The position numbers were made by a program, and so were the translations under genes. This document shows, in pieces, positions 1 to 9,769 of a stretch of DNA of 64,000 nucleotides. Source of the DNA: Desulfobulbales bacterium (GTDB lineage Bacteria; Desulfobacterota; Desulfobulbia; Desulfobulbales; Desulfobulbaceae); the NCBI GenBank assembly GCA_038318785.1, contig JBBQCO010000003.1:1761-65760 (forward strand). Reading direction: 5' to 3'. The notes below the pieces were generated by a model, which ran no database searches, was not told the DNA's origin, and was given only the letters and a program-made list of their open reading frames with translations. Within the stretch, counting starts at the first letter, position 1; each line of letters begins with the position of its first letter.

Positions 1-903
1 GAGGAGGGGAGCGGTTTTGAAGTGTATTATCTGCCGGTGGTCGACGAATGCGCTCCGGACCTGGGAGCTATGGAAAAGGCCTTGGACTGGATGGATGAGA
101 GCATTTACCTCGATAAAAAAGTGCTGGTGCACTGCCGTCTTGGTCATGGCCGCACCGGCACCTTTATCGCTGCTTACCTGCTACGCCGGGGCTTTGATTT
201 CAAGCTGGCCGAAAAGACCATGAAGGGCAGGAATGCCAAGCCCGCCACCTATGAACAGCGCAGTTTTTTAAAAAAGTACGGCAAACAGGTGGGGCCGCTG
301 CAAACCGCGCCGCCCAAGATCGACAACCGTCCGACCCATGATGTTTCACCCCTGCTCCAAGCGTATGAGCACCTGATCGCGCGTTTCGATGCGCAAATCG
401 GCCTCCCCGAGCGGACAGAGTGCTGCGGCCGCGATCAAAGCGAATGCTGCCGGCAACCGTTTGACCTCTTGTTGATTGAAAGCATGCATTTCAGCCAAGC
501 GATCAACCGGAGCCTCAAGCAGGAGCAACGGCAGGCAGTGATCGAACGGGCTCTTGACCTGGCGCGCCGTCTGCAGGAATTGCATCATCGGCAACCAGGT
601 CTGGGCACCGCTGCGGTGGCTGCCCGCTTTCCCGAAGAACCCCTCCAATGCCCGCTCCTGGAAGAAGGCCAATGTCTGATCTTTGCCGAGCGGCCGCCGC
701 GTTGCCGTTACTGGGGCGGACTCTCCAGCGAGGTTCAGACCCAAGAAATCGACCAGGCTGTAGCCGACCTTTCCCGGCAAACCTATCAAACCCTCACCGG
801 CAGGACAGCACCGCCTGGCGATTTGCGTTTTTCCTCGGCGGACACCATCTCCGGCAAGTTCGTTCAGCTCTATTTTCAAGCTATGACCGTTGAAAACGGG
901 TAG
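1..903 (+). CDS. Dual-specificity/tyrosine protein phosphatase fused to a C-terminal YkgJ-like Cys-cluster domain (5'-partial)
   Basis: CX5R loop VHCRLGHGRTG; C-terminal CC..CC, CPLL...C..F..RP.RCR pattern; frame open from base 1. Confidence 0.8.
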   Translation, partial: EEGSGFEVYYLPVVDECAPDLGAMEKALDWMDESIYLDKKVLVHCRLGHGRTGTFIAAYLLRRGFDFKLAEKTMKGRNAKPATYEQRSFLKKYGKQVGPLQTAPPKIDNRPTHDVSPLLQAYEHLIARFDAQIGLPERTECCGRDQSECCRQPFDLLLIESMHFSQAINRSLKQEQRQAVIERALDLARRLQELHHRQPGLGTAAVAARFPEEPLQCPLLEEGQCLIFAERPPRCRYWGGLSSEVQTQEIDQAVADLSRQTYQTLTGRTAPPGDLRFSSADTISGKFVQLYFQAMTVENG

Positions 904-912
904 AGCAAGAGC

Positions 913-2337
913 ATGAGCGAGACAACCCAACCCAAGATCCTGGTCGTTGACGATGAGCGCGACATGCTCAATTTTCTGGCCAAGATGCTGGCTAAGAAAG
1001 GCGGTTATGTCGTTCAGACCGCCGTTTCGGCCGAGGAGGCACTGGCAAGGGTCCAGGCCGATTCACCCGATGCCGTGCTCACCGACATCAAGATGCCGGG
1101 TATGGATGGGCTTGAATTCTTACAGCGGATGAGCATGGTTGATCCGGCAATCACCACCATCCTTATGACCGGCTACGGCACCATCGAGATGGCGGTGCAG
1201 GCTCTGAAAGACGGAGCCTATGATTTCATCGAGAAGCCCTTTGACAATGACCGGATTCTCCGCACTCTTGGCCGGGCAATCGAACGGACCCGGATCTTGC
1301 GGGAGAACGTCCATCTCCAGCACAAACTCTCCGATCAGGAGAGCCTCTACGGTTTTATCGGCCGTTCGCGCCGATTGGTGCAAACGGTGGAACGGCTGCG
1401 CCGGATCGCCCAAAGCAATGTCACCGTCTTGATACGCGGTGAATCGGGCACCGGCAAGGAACTGGCGGCCAAGGCCCTGCATGCCATGTCTCCCCGGGCC
1501 AGCCGCCCGATGATCACGGTCAACTGCCCGGCCCTGCCCGAGCATATCCTGGAAAGCGAGTTATTCGGCTATCGCAAGGGGGCTTTCACCGGGGCGGACC
1601 GGGATAAGACCGGGTTGTTTGTCGAAGCCGAGGGATCGACCATCCTCCTTGATGAGATCGCCGACATCCCGGTGAGCGTGCAGACCAAGTTGCTACGGGT
1701 CTTGCAAGAAAAAGAGGTGCAGCCCCTGGGGCAAAACAAGACCTTCAGCGTTGATGTGCGGGTGATCGCCTCCACCAATCAGGATCTGGAGGCCAAGATC
1801 CGGCGGGGTGAATTCCGTGAGGATCTCTTCTACCGGCTCAATGTCATGTCCGTCACCATGCCGAATCTGGCGACTATGGCTGGAGATATTCCCCTGTTGG
1901 CCGAGCATTTTCTGGAACGCTACTGTCGGGAGCACGGACGTGAGAATCTGGAATTCAGTGCCGAGGCCCTGCACGCCCTGATGCAGCATCCATGGCAGGG
2001 CAATGTTCGCGAATTGCAGAATGCGGTCAACCGGGCGGTTCTTCTCTGCGAGCATTCTGTCATTGAGGCTGACGACCTCTGGGATGGCCCGGAACCGGTG
2101 GAATTGCCGGACGATGAAATGGATTCGGCCGCAATCGACGCGGCGGCATTGGGCCAACTCCCCTACCGGGAGGCCAAAGAAAAACTGTTGCACCGGTTCA
2201 ACGCTGCCTATCTCGCTCAAGCCCTGCAAGCAGCAGGCGGCAATGTCACTGTGGCAGCCCGCACCTGCGATATGGAGCGGCAGGCTTTTCAACGTCTGTT
2301 GCGGCGTTACAACATCGAATCGAGGAGTTTTCGCTGA
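913..2337 (+). CDS. Sigma-54-dependent NtrC-family response regulator (REC-AAA+-HTH)
   Basis: ILVVDD/DIKMP receiver, GESGTGKE Walker A, GAFTGA, C-terminal Fis-type HTH. Confidence 0.95.
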   Translation: MSETTQPKILVVDDERDMLNFLAKMLAKKGGYVVQTAVSAEEALARVQADSPDAVLTDIKMPGMDGLEFLQRMSMVDPAITTILMTGYGTIEMAVQALKDGAYDFIEKPFDNDRILRTLGRAIERTRILRENVHLQHKLSDQESLYGFIGRSRRLVQTVERLRRIAQSNVTVLIRGESGTGKELAAKALHAMSPRASRPMITVNCPALPEHILESELFGYRKGAFTGADRDKTGLFVEAEGSTILLDEIADIPVSVQTKLLRVLQEKEVQPLGQNKTFSVDVRVIASTNQDLEAKIRRGEFREDLFYRLNVMSVTMPNLATMAGDIPLLAEHFLERYCREHGRENLEFSAEALHALMQHPWQGNVRELQNAVNRAVLLCEHSVIEADDLWDGPEPVELPDDEMDSAAIDAAALGQLPYREAKEKLLHRFNAAYLAQALQAAGGNVTVAARTCDMERQAFQRLLRRYNIESRSFR

Positions 2338-2732
2338 TGCAGCCTCCGCCGGCAGACTACATCCTGGCCCGCAACAAGTTGTATTGCAACTACTGTCCTG
2401 GATACTGCTGTTACCGGCTTCCCGGGGCCACGCTCTATCTCGACGCCGAAGACATCAATCGCCTTGCCCGTCATTTGAGCATCAGCGACGGCGAGGTTCG
2501 CCGCCGCTTCCTGGAAAACAAAAACACCTTCAAAACCAGGGAAGACGGCTCCTGTGTCCTGTTGGCCAACGGCCGTATGTGTAAACGCTGCACCATCCAT
2601 GAGGCCCGGCCCAGACAATGCCGTGACTTTCCCTATGAAAAGCCCTGCCCCTACCTGGAAAATCCCGGCCTGCTTGAGATCATCCAATCCCAGGTAGAGC
2701 AGAGTCTCTTCGGCAAGAAGAGCGACCTTTAG
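2337..2732 (+). CDS. YkgJ-family Cys-cluster (CxxCxxxCC) protein
   Basis: CNYCPGYCC, C..L...CTIHEARPRQCRDFP; TGATG overlap with upstream gene. Confidence 0.85.
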   Translation: MQPPPADYILARNKLYCNYCPGYCCYRLPGATLYLDAEDINRLARHLSISDGEVRRRFLENKNTFKTREDGSCVLLANGRMCKRCTIHEARPRQCRDFPYEKPCPYLENPGLLEIIQSQVEQSLFGKKSDL

Positions 2733-2776
2733 TTCCGGATTATTTCCCCTTCAGAGCACCTTGACGGCCCGCCCGG

Positions 2777-2814
2777 CGCAACCTTTTTGTTTCACCTGCA
2801 ACATTTTTATTGCA
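2777..2814. promoter_or_regulatory. Two tandem pseudo-palindromic enhancer-binding-protein sites (TGCAAC-N6-GTTGCA-like)
   Basis: CGCAAC-CTTTTT-GTTTCA (2777-2794) and TGCAAC-ATTTTT-ATTGCA (2797-2814), 20-bp period, 107-144 bp upstream of the sigma-54 promoter. Confidence 0.65.
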
Positions 2815-2920
2815 CTTGGAGTGGGCTTCGAGCAGAAACTCAGCGCTGCCTGCGGTTCGATATCCAGCCAATTGATCCTATTTTTAGGCTGATACCCGTC
2901 TTTATTCTGCGCTCATTTTC

Positions 2921-2936
2921 TGGCATTCGATATGCT
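2921..2936 (+). promoter_or_regulatory. Sigma-54 (-24/-12) promoter
   Basis: TGGCATTCGATATGCT with GG(2922-23) and GC(2934-35) at the canonical spacing. Confidence 0.75.
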
Positions 2937-2962
2937 ATGAGTAAGCCAAGGATACTTGTGTA

Positions 2963-3469
2963 GTGAACTACATCTCTTTGGACGGGTTGATGATCAAGGG
3001 TAAAATACTCAGCAATGCAGGGCTTGTTATGCTGGTTCTCGGTATGCTGCTGCCTAGCGAGGCCTTGGCTCTCCAGGTGCATGGCGAACCTGAGGGTTTG
3101 TATGTGCATCAGATGGCACATCTTCACTACATCGTCGCCCTTGGCTATTTTTACTGGGACATCCGGCGCTCTTCCTTTACCGGTCGCGGGTGGCGGTATC
3201 TGCAGATGTTCTGCCTCCTGATGGCCTGTTGGAACACCCTGGCCTTTATCGGTCATCTGGCGGGGGTCTATCTGGATCCGCAGTCACTGCTTCAGACCGA
3301 CTGCTACCTGCAAACCCAATTGCTCCGTCCCTTTACCCTTAACAAGTACCTGTATTTCATCACCAAGCTGGATCATCTCATCTATGTTCCAGCCCTTTTT
3401 TGTCTGTTCCTCGGACTGCGCTCTTTCTACCATTGCGCAGCAAAAACAACCTTTGGGGAAAGCAGATGA
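2963..3469 (+). CDS. Hypothetical membrane protein with His-rich motif (start may be 2990)
   Basis: Signal-like N-terminus, ALQVHGEPEGLYVHQMAH, several hydrophobic helices; ATGA overlap with kinase. Confidence 0.7.
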   Translation: MNYISLDGLMIKGKILSNAGLVMLVLGMLLPSEALALQVHGEPEGLYVHQMAHLHYIVALGYFYWDIRRSSFTGRGWRYLQMFCLLMACWNTLAFIGHLAGVYLDPQSLLQTDCYLQTQLLRPFTLNKYLYFITKLDHLIYVPALFCLFLGLRSFYHCAAKTTFGESR

Positions 3470-5052
3470 ATGGCTTGCCCATGTTGCCGACCATTATCGT
3501 CGACATCACCGGCTCGGCCGCCAATATTCTTTTTTCCTTTCTTTCTCTCTGGTATGCCTTCCGCCTGACCCGACTTAAGCCCGATAATTTTCTGTGGGGG
3601 TATCTCTTTTACGTCACCCTGGCCATCACCGCCTTCGCTCTCTCCAGGGCTGTCGGCCATATTGCCAAGGAATTTCTTTATATCGCCGGCAGGGCTGATC
3701 TCTGGCAGTTCCTGGCCCCTTATTCCGGCGGGTTTAATACCCTGTGCATGATTTCGGTGTCGGCGGTCATGATTTTCTATCACAAGGGCGTGCAGGCCTA
3801 TGAGGCCATTGAGCAGGAAGCGGCCAAGCTGAAACAGTCAAAGGTTCGCTTGACCCAAGCCGCCACCGAACTCAAGGAGTTGAATCTCAGCCTCGAGGAC
3901 AAGGTCGAGGAACGGACCGCAGAACTGTCCAAGTCGGAAAAGAAATTCCGCCACCTGTTCACCGCTTCCAAGGATATGGTGTTTTTTTCGGACAACAAGT
4001 ACGCCATCCTCGATATGAACGCCTCCGGTTCGGAAATGCTTGGCTATTCGCGGCACGAAACCTCGCTGCTTGCCCTGCGCGATATTTTTCGTCACGAGGG
4101 CGATGTGACCATGTACGCTAAAATGCTGGAACTTGATGGCTATATTCTAGACCTTGAGGCTGAGTTTAAAAAAAAGGACGGCTCGACCCTCTATGTGCTG
4201 ATTTCAGCCACCGCTCTTTACGACGAGCAAGGGCAGGTGGTTGGTTCCGAAGGCATTGCCAAGGACCTGACCCGGTTGAAAACCATGATGGAGCAGTTGG
4301 TATCCAGTGAAAAGATGGCCTCGGTCGGCCAGATGGCGGCCGGCATCGCCCATGAGATCAACACACCGCTCGGCATCATCCTCGGTTATTCCCAGTTGAT
4401 GATGGACGATTTCGACAAGGATTCGGAAACCTATCAGAATCTTGAGGTGATTGAACGCCAGACTCAGGCCAGTCGCAAGATTGTCGCCGACCTGCTCAAA
4501 TATTCCCGTCAGTCGGGTAGCGCCCGGGAATCGGTCGATCTCAACGAAATCATCCGTGATGCCGTGTCTATCACCGAGCATAACCTTAACCTTAATCATA
4601 TCAAGGTTGTCCTTGAATTGGTAACCAACCTCCCGCCGATCATTGGTGACCCAGAAAAATTACGACAGGTGGTGGTCAATCTGATCAATAACGCCCATCA
4701 CGCTATGGAAAAGAAGGGGGAGGGCGGACAATTGCTGCTCCGCACCCGCTGGGATATGGAATTAGCCAAGGTCATTGCCGAGGTGCAGGACAACGGCCAT
4801 GGCATCCCCGAACATATTAAAGCCCGGATTTTTGATCCCTTTTTTACCACCAAGCCGGTGGGTAAGGGGACTGGCCTGGGCCTCTCGGTTTCCTACGGTA
4901 TTATTCAGGAACACGGCGGAACCATCGCAATAGAAAGCCCCGTATCCGGTCCAGGTAACACCCGAACCCAGGGAACTCTGTTCCGGTTGGTGCTGCCGAT
5001 GGCAATGGAACCGGCAGCTCTAAAAAAAGAATCGATTGAATCAATTGGTTAA
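3466..5052 (+). CDS. Membrane PAS-domain sensor histidine kinase (NtrB-like)
   Basis: N-terminal TM helices, [15 protein letters not shown]-box, NLINNA N-box, DNGHG, FFTTK, GTGLGL. Confidence 0.92.
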   Translation: MNGLPMLPTIIVDITGSAANILFSFLSLWYAFRLTRLKPDNFLWGYLFYVTLAITAFALSRAVGHIAKEFLYIAGRADLWQFLAPYSGGFNTLCMISVSAVMIFYHKGVQAYEAIEQEAAKLKQSKVRLTQAATELKELNLSLEDKVEERTAELSKSEKKFRHLFTASKDMVFFSDNKYAILDMNASGSEMLGYSRHETSLLALRDIFRHEGDVTMYAKMLELDGYILDLEAEFKKKDGSTLYVLISATALYDEQGQVVGSEGIAKDLTRLKTMMEQLVSSEKMASVGQMAAGIAHEINTPLGIILGYSQLMMDDFDKDSETYQNLEVIERQTQASRKIVADLLKYSRQSGSARESVDLNEIIRDAVSITEHNLNLNHIKVVLELVTNLPPIIGDPEKLRQVVVNLINNAHHAMEKKGEGGQLLLRTRWDMELAKVIAEVQDNGHGIPEHIKARIFDPFFTTKPVGKGTGLGLSVSYGIIQEHGGTIAIESPVSGPGNTRTQGTLFRLVLPMAMEPAALKKESIESIG

Positions 5053-5063
5053 AGGAGGAAGAA

Positions 5064-5435
5064 ATGGCTGAAATACTGACCCTGGACGATGTCCTTGACG
5101 CCACTGTGCTGGTCGGCAAGATTTTGAAGAAAAAGGGGCATGTGGTCCACACCTTCACCGAAGAAGATGAAGCCATTGCCTTTGCCCGCCAGCATCCCGT
5201 TGATCTGGCAATCCTCGATATCAAGCTGAAAAAGATGAGCGGCATCGAGGTTCTGGCCATATTGAAGGAGGATAATCCAGCCCTGCGGGCCATCATGCTC
5301 ACCGGCTACCCGACCGTGGAAACCGCGCGTGAGGCCATTAGCCTGGGGGCGGATGAGTACTGCGTCAAGCCGATCGACCGGATTGAACTGGAACAAAAGG
5401 TGGAAAAGGTTCTGGCGGCAAAACCTGGAGCCTGA
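5064..5435 (+). CDS. Single-domain response regulator
   Basis: LTLDD, ILDIKL, TGY, VKP receiver motifs; AAGGAGG RBS. Confidence 0.9.
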   Translation: MAEILTLDDVLDATVLVGKILKKKGHVVHTFTEEDEAIAFARQHPVDLAILDIKLKKMSGIEVLAILKEDNPALRAIMLTGYPTVETAREAISLGADEYCVKPIDRIELEQKVEKVLAAKPGA

Positions 5436-5459
5436 TCGGGTTTTTCTGGTAGGGCAATT

Positions 5460-7160
5460 ATGGACACACACGTTGCAGAAGATGGGATGACAGTGAACGG
5501 CGCGCAATCCCGTGAGCAGCAGTTTCTCGGGGTATTCCAGAAGATTACCCGGCTGACCTCCATGGTCTTTGACCATCAGGAGGTGATGGACACCATTGTT
5601 CGCGGCCTGCCGGAATTGCTGACTATCGATGCCTGCACCATCAGGCTGCTCGACAGCTCCGTCGGCTCCTTTGTCCTCGGCGCCGCCCACGGAGTATCGC
5701 TGGAGTATCTTTCGCGTGAAGTGATCGACACCGAAGAGACCCTTTCCATGATCCGGTCCGGTTATCCGGTTTACAATGCCCATGTCGACGAAGATCCCTT
5801 CCTGCCGTTTCGCGAGGCCGCCAGTCGCGAGGGAATCAAGAGCGTGCTCACCTTGCCGATCCTTTTCCAGGGGGAATTGATCGGGTTAATGCGCCTCTTG
5901 ACCCGGAGCGCCCGCAGCTTTTCGTCCGGGGAAATCTCTTTTGCCATGGCTTTGGCCGAGCAGGTGGGGATCGCCATTTCCCATGGTCGGATGTTCAAGG
6001 AGATGGAGGCCCAGTTGACCTTCCTCCGCGAGATCCAGTCTATCTCCACCCTAGTCAATTCAACCCTGGATCTGAACGGTATCCTCGCCTCTCTTGCTGA
6101 ACGGGCGGCGGTGACCATGGGCGCCAAAGGGTGCACCCTACGTTTGGTCGATCCCGAATCGGGCCATCTGGAACTGAACGCGTCTTATGGTGTTTCCAGC
6201 GAATACCTGCAGCGCGGCGAGGTGGAAAACGAGCGCAACATCAAGTTGGTGCTGAGCGGGCAACCGGTGGCCATCTATGACGTCTGCCACGACCAGCGCA
6301 TCGAATATCATCAGCAGATGGCGGTCGAGGGCATTGTCTCGCTGCTGGCTGTACCGGTGAAGGTCAACGGCGAGGTGATCGGTGTCATGCGCATCATCAC
6401 CGATACCCCCCGGGTGTTCACCGACACCGAGGTTCGGTTTGCGGTCACCTTGGCCGAGGTCGGCGGCACCGCCATTCGCAATGCGCGTAATTACCAGCGG
6501 ATTAATCTTCTGGTTGAGCAGGCCAGGGGGCACGAAAAATTCCTCGCCGACATCATTAACAGTCTGCAGCATCAGTTGCTGGTGCTTGATCACGACCGCC
6601 GGGTGGTGCTCGCCAACCAGGTTTATCTCGATACCGCCGGCAAGAAAGAGGACGAGGTGCTGGGCACCCACTACGGCGAGTTGTGCCGCGCTGCTGACGG
6701 TGTCTGTCCGGTCGATCAGATCTTCCAGGGTGAGGAGATGCGACCTTTTGTCCAGGAATTCCGGTCCGATGATCAGACGCACTGGTTCGAGCGCACCGCT
6801 TCGCCAATCCGCGATGCCGGCGGCAAGATTGCATATGTTATTGAGGTCATCCGCGACATCACCAGCGAACATCTGCTGACAGAGGAGAAAAATCAAAGGG
6901 GCAAACTGCAGGCAATCGTCGAACTGGCCGGAACCGTGGCCCATGAGATCAACAGTCCGCTTTTCGCGGCCCTTGGAACGGCGCAGCTGCTTGTCGAAGA
7001 CACTCTGCCGCCCGAGGCGGGCGAGGAGTTGGCGGTGATTATCCGCAACTTGCAACAGATCGGCGAGTTGACCCGGAAGATGGCGACTATGACCGGGTTC
7101 ACCAGTCGGGACTATGTGGGCGAGAGTAAAATACTATCATTGACGCAAAACCAAGAGTGA
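5460..7160 (+). CDS. GAF-GAF-PAS-HisKA protein lacking the HATPase domain
   Basis: Two GAF repeats (CTIRL/CTLRL...P...GEL/VIG.MR), PAS, AHEINSPL H-box near the C-terminus, no N/G boxes. Confidence 0.85.
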   Translation: MDTHVAEDGMTVNGAQSREQQFLGVFQKITRLTSMVFDHQEVMDTIVRGLPELLTIDACTIRLLDSSVGSFVLGAAHGVSLEYLSREVIDTEETLSMIRSGYPVYNAHVDEDPFLPFREAASREGIKSVLTLPILFQGELIGLMRLLTRSARSFSSGEISFAMALAEQVGIAISHGRMFKEMEAQLTFLREIQSISTLVNSTLDLNGILASLAERAAVTMGAKGCTLRLVDPESGHLELNASYGVSSEYLQRGEVENERNIKLVLSGQPVAIYDVCHDQRIEYHQQMAVEGIVSLLAVPVKVNGEVIGVMRIITDTPRVFTDTEVRFAVTLAEVGGTAIRNARNYQRINLLVEQARGHEKFLADIINSLQHQLLVLDHDRRVVLANQVYLDTAGKKEDEVLGTHYGELCRAADGVCPVDQIFQGEEMRPFVQEFRSDDQTHWFERTASPIRDAGGKIAYVIEVIRDITSEHLLTEEKNQRGKLQAIVELAGTVAHEINSPLFAALGTAQLLVEDTLPPEAGEELAVIIRNLQQIGELTRKMATMTGFTSRDYVGESKILSLTQNQE

Positions 7161-7313
7161 GTGCCGTAGACCGGCGCAAAGGAGGTGCGAACAGACAAAT
7201 GGGGGATGCATCCTGCTCCTGGCAGGAGAAGACAACAACGTGGATACCGTACCGCTTGTTGCCGGAAACGGCGTCGGGTGGACCGAATTAAATACAATCA
7301 GAGGAGATTGGGT

Positions 7314-8549
7314 ATGAAAAAGAGGGTAGGGATCGTACCATCGCTTTTTGCGGCAATGGTGATGTTTTTTGGTGTCAATACACCCATTGGGGCGGAAATC
7401 GTTACTCCTGCTGGAGAGCAGGGTGCGGTTGCCGCACCAACGATTACCATTGATAAAACCGAACTCAACAACGGCGGCACCATCAAGGTCAGCGGTCAGG
7501 CTCCGGCCGGTAAACCGGTGTATCTTGAGGTCTGGGCGGATGAACGTGATGTGCGCGCCAACCGTTTCGACGCCGATCCCGACAAGGACACCGGCAAGCG
7601 GCCGTATATTTTCTACTTAACCGGTGAAATGCCGGCCTACTACAAGATTTTCGTTCCCAAGACCCTCAAGCCGGTCATAGAGGAGGAAAAGAAACTGGGG
7701 AACAAGTGGAGCTATTCCAAACTGCTCAAAGATCTGGGCGCGGATGTTGCCTACTCTGCTCCGGCCAAGGTCAATATCGAGCGTTATCAATCCACGCTGA
7801 TGGCCAGTGTCATCGGCAGCCGAGGTGATCTCCTCCCGGCCATGGACGAGAAGCAGACCCGGAGCCGCTCCATGCAGCTGATCAAGGCCCGCTTCCGGAG
7901 CATCGGCAATGTGTTTGCCCCTGAGGTCGACGTTAAGCCCGATGGTTCCTATACTGCTGAGCTCAAGATTCGTGATGGCATTGCGCCCGGCAAGTACAAG
8001 ATCGTCGCAGTGGTCGACAAAACGGCCAAAAGCGAGACCATGACCTTTGAGAACAAAATCGCCTTTCCCACCATGTATCTCCCCAACGCGGGAACGAGCA
8101 TGAATCTGATTTATCCGTTCCTCTTGACCCTGGTGGTCGCCGTCTTTGGCGTGTTGATGGGGGCGGGCGGCGGTTTCATCATGAATCCGCTCCTGCTCGC
8201 CCTGTTCCCGGCCCTGCCGCACACCGTGGTTGCCGGTACGGTCACCCCGACCGTTCTCTTCTCCCAGGGGAGCGGCATCTTCAATTACTCCAAAATCAAT
8301 TTCATCAGTTGGAAGCTCGGCTGCGGTATCGGCTGCGCAATGCTCCTGGGCGGTTTCATCGGTCCCAAACTGACCGAGATGATCACCCTGGACCAATTCA
8401 AGTTCGCCTTCGGCTGGATTCTTCTTATCCTCGCCGCCCTGATGCTCTGGCAGACAACGCCCGGCTATCTGGCCAAGAACAAGAAGGAGCAATCCATTCT
8501 CAAAGAGTTCAAGAAACGCGCCGAAGAATCGGCCAAAGGCAAAAAATAA
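7314..8549 (+). CDS. TauE/SafE (TSUP) family half-transporter with a large N-terminal extracytoplasmic domain
   Basis: GAGGAG RBS before ATG 7314, signal-like N-terminus, about 230-aa soluble domain, then GAGGGFIMNP TSUP motif and about 4 TMs. Confidence 0.8.
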   Translation: MKKRVGIVPSLFAAMVMFFGVNTPIGAEIVTPAGEQGAVAAPTITIDKTELNNGGTIKVSGQAPAGKPVYLEVWADERDVRANRFDADPDKDTGKRPYIFYLTGEMPAYYKIFVPKTLKPVIEEEKKLGNKWSYSKLLKDLGADVAYSAPAKVNIERYQSTLMASVIGSRGDLLPAMDEKQTRSRSMQLIKARFRSIGNVFAPEVDVKPDGSYTAELKIRDGIAPGKYKIVAVVDKTAKSETMTFENKIAFPTMYLPNAGTSMNLIYPFLLTLVVAVFGVLMGAGGGFIMNPLLLALFPALPHTVVAGTVTPTVLFSQGSGIFNYSKINFISWKLGCGIGCAMLLGGFIGPKLTEMITLDQFKFAFGWILLILAALMLWQTTPGYLAKNKKEQSILKEFKKRAEESAKGKK

Positions 8550-8574
8550 GAGATAATTCGAGGAGGAATCGATT

Positions 8575-8964
8575 ATGAAAGTAGAATTTTGGGGTCAGGA
8601 ATTTAAGGTCAACATGGTGGTCGGTTGTATCGGTGGTTTTCTTATCGCCATCATGTCGTCGATGTTCGGCTTCGGTGGCGGACCCTTCATGGTGCCGCTG
8701 ATGACCGTGGCTCTGCGCCTGCCCATGTACCTAGTGGTCGGCAGCTCTCTGTTGGCCATCTTTTTCAACACCTCGGTCAGTTCGATGCGCCATTACCAGT
8801 TCGGCAACTTTGACCTGATCTTTTTTCTGGCCATGTTCCCGGCCGCTATTCTCGGCGGTTATATTGCGCCGCAGATCGCCAAACGTGTCAGCCCGCTGGT
8901 GGTTAAGCGAATTGCCTGTGTCGGTCTGACCGTGCTGGCATTGAACCTGCTGGGAGTGTATTGA
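8575..8964 (+). CDS. TauE/SafE (TSUP) family second half-transporter
   Basis: GFGGGPFMVP...VVGSSL motif, about 4 TMs, own GAGGAGG RBS. Confidence 0.82.
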   Translation: MKVEFWGQEFKVNMVVGCIGGFLIAIMSSMFGFGGGPFMVPLMTVALRLPMYLVVGSSLLAIFFNTSVSSMRHYQFGNFDLIFFLAMFPAAILGGYIAPQIAKRVSPLVVKRIACVGLTVLALNLLGVY

Positions 8965-9029
8965 TGCTCTGAGGTCTTTTGGCCGCATTATTGGTTGATT
9001 GATCCGTTTTTAACGTACTCAGTAGATAG

Positions 9030-9067
9030 AAAACGCTGGGACGGAATTCCGTTCTGGCGTTTTTTTT
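9030..9067 (+). terminator. Rho-independent terminator
   Basis: AACGCTGGGACGG-AATT-CCGTTCTGGCGTT hairpin followed by a T run. Confidence 0.8.
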
Positions 9068-9070
9068 GCC

Positions 9071-9559
9071 ACGGGGAAAAGGCTCCAGCAGATCACCGGC
9101 TTGCGTCGGTCCGGTGCCGATCGATTGCAGTCAACGGATGAGACCGTTATTTTGCAGGGTGATCAACTGTTGATTATTTCGGAGCGGAATGATCTAGCGG
9201 TAGCGGAAGAGGTGCAGGCTTTCCCCAAAAAGATTGTGATTATTGATGATAATCCAGTGATTGTTCCGGTCTATACCCGGTTGTTTCAGAAGGCCGGGTT
9301 TCATCCACTCACTGCCGACAGCGGTGATGTGGCCTGGCTTTGATTCTCAGGGAAAAACCGGCCGCCGCAGAGGTGGATTTCATGTTGCCCGGATTGTCCG
9401 GGCTGGAGATGTGCCGACACGTTCGCCAAGCCGTTCCCCATGAATCGATGAAGCTTGTTGTCTTTACTGCAGACGACACGCCTCTAGTGCGCGAACAGTT
9501 TGGCTGCAGGGGCGGATGAGGTGATTGTCAAGAGTTCCGAGGCGTCACACATTATGTAG
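9071..9559 (+). pseudogene. Degraded TrkA-C (RCK_C) + receiver-domain gene fragment
   Basis: ITGLRR...VILQGDQLLIIS then KKIVIIDDN; frameshift near 9340 to LILREKP...DFMLPGLSGLEMC; second shift near 9500 to LAAGADEVIVKS; no start or RBS. Confidence 0.7.
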
Positions 9560-9769
9560 GCGTTGTCAGTCGACTTCTTCATCCTTGATTTTTTATATCC
9601 TGCAAGAGGGACAATCAGATTTTCTCAAGGGGCACGCAAGGTGTGCAATCCAGATGAACAAGCATCTGATCGGCTTACAAAAAGCGAATTACTGCTTGCC
9701 TTAATTTTTGGGGAATGCGATACTAAGCTCAAATTTACTGAAAAATTACTTTTCCCTTGAGGGCCGGAG

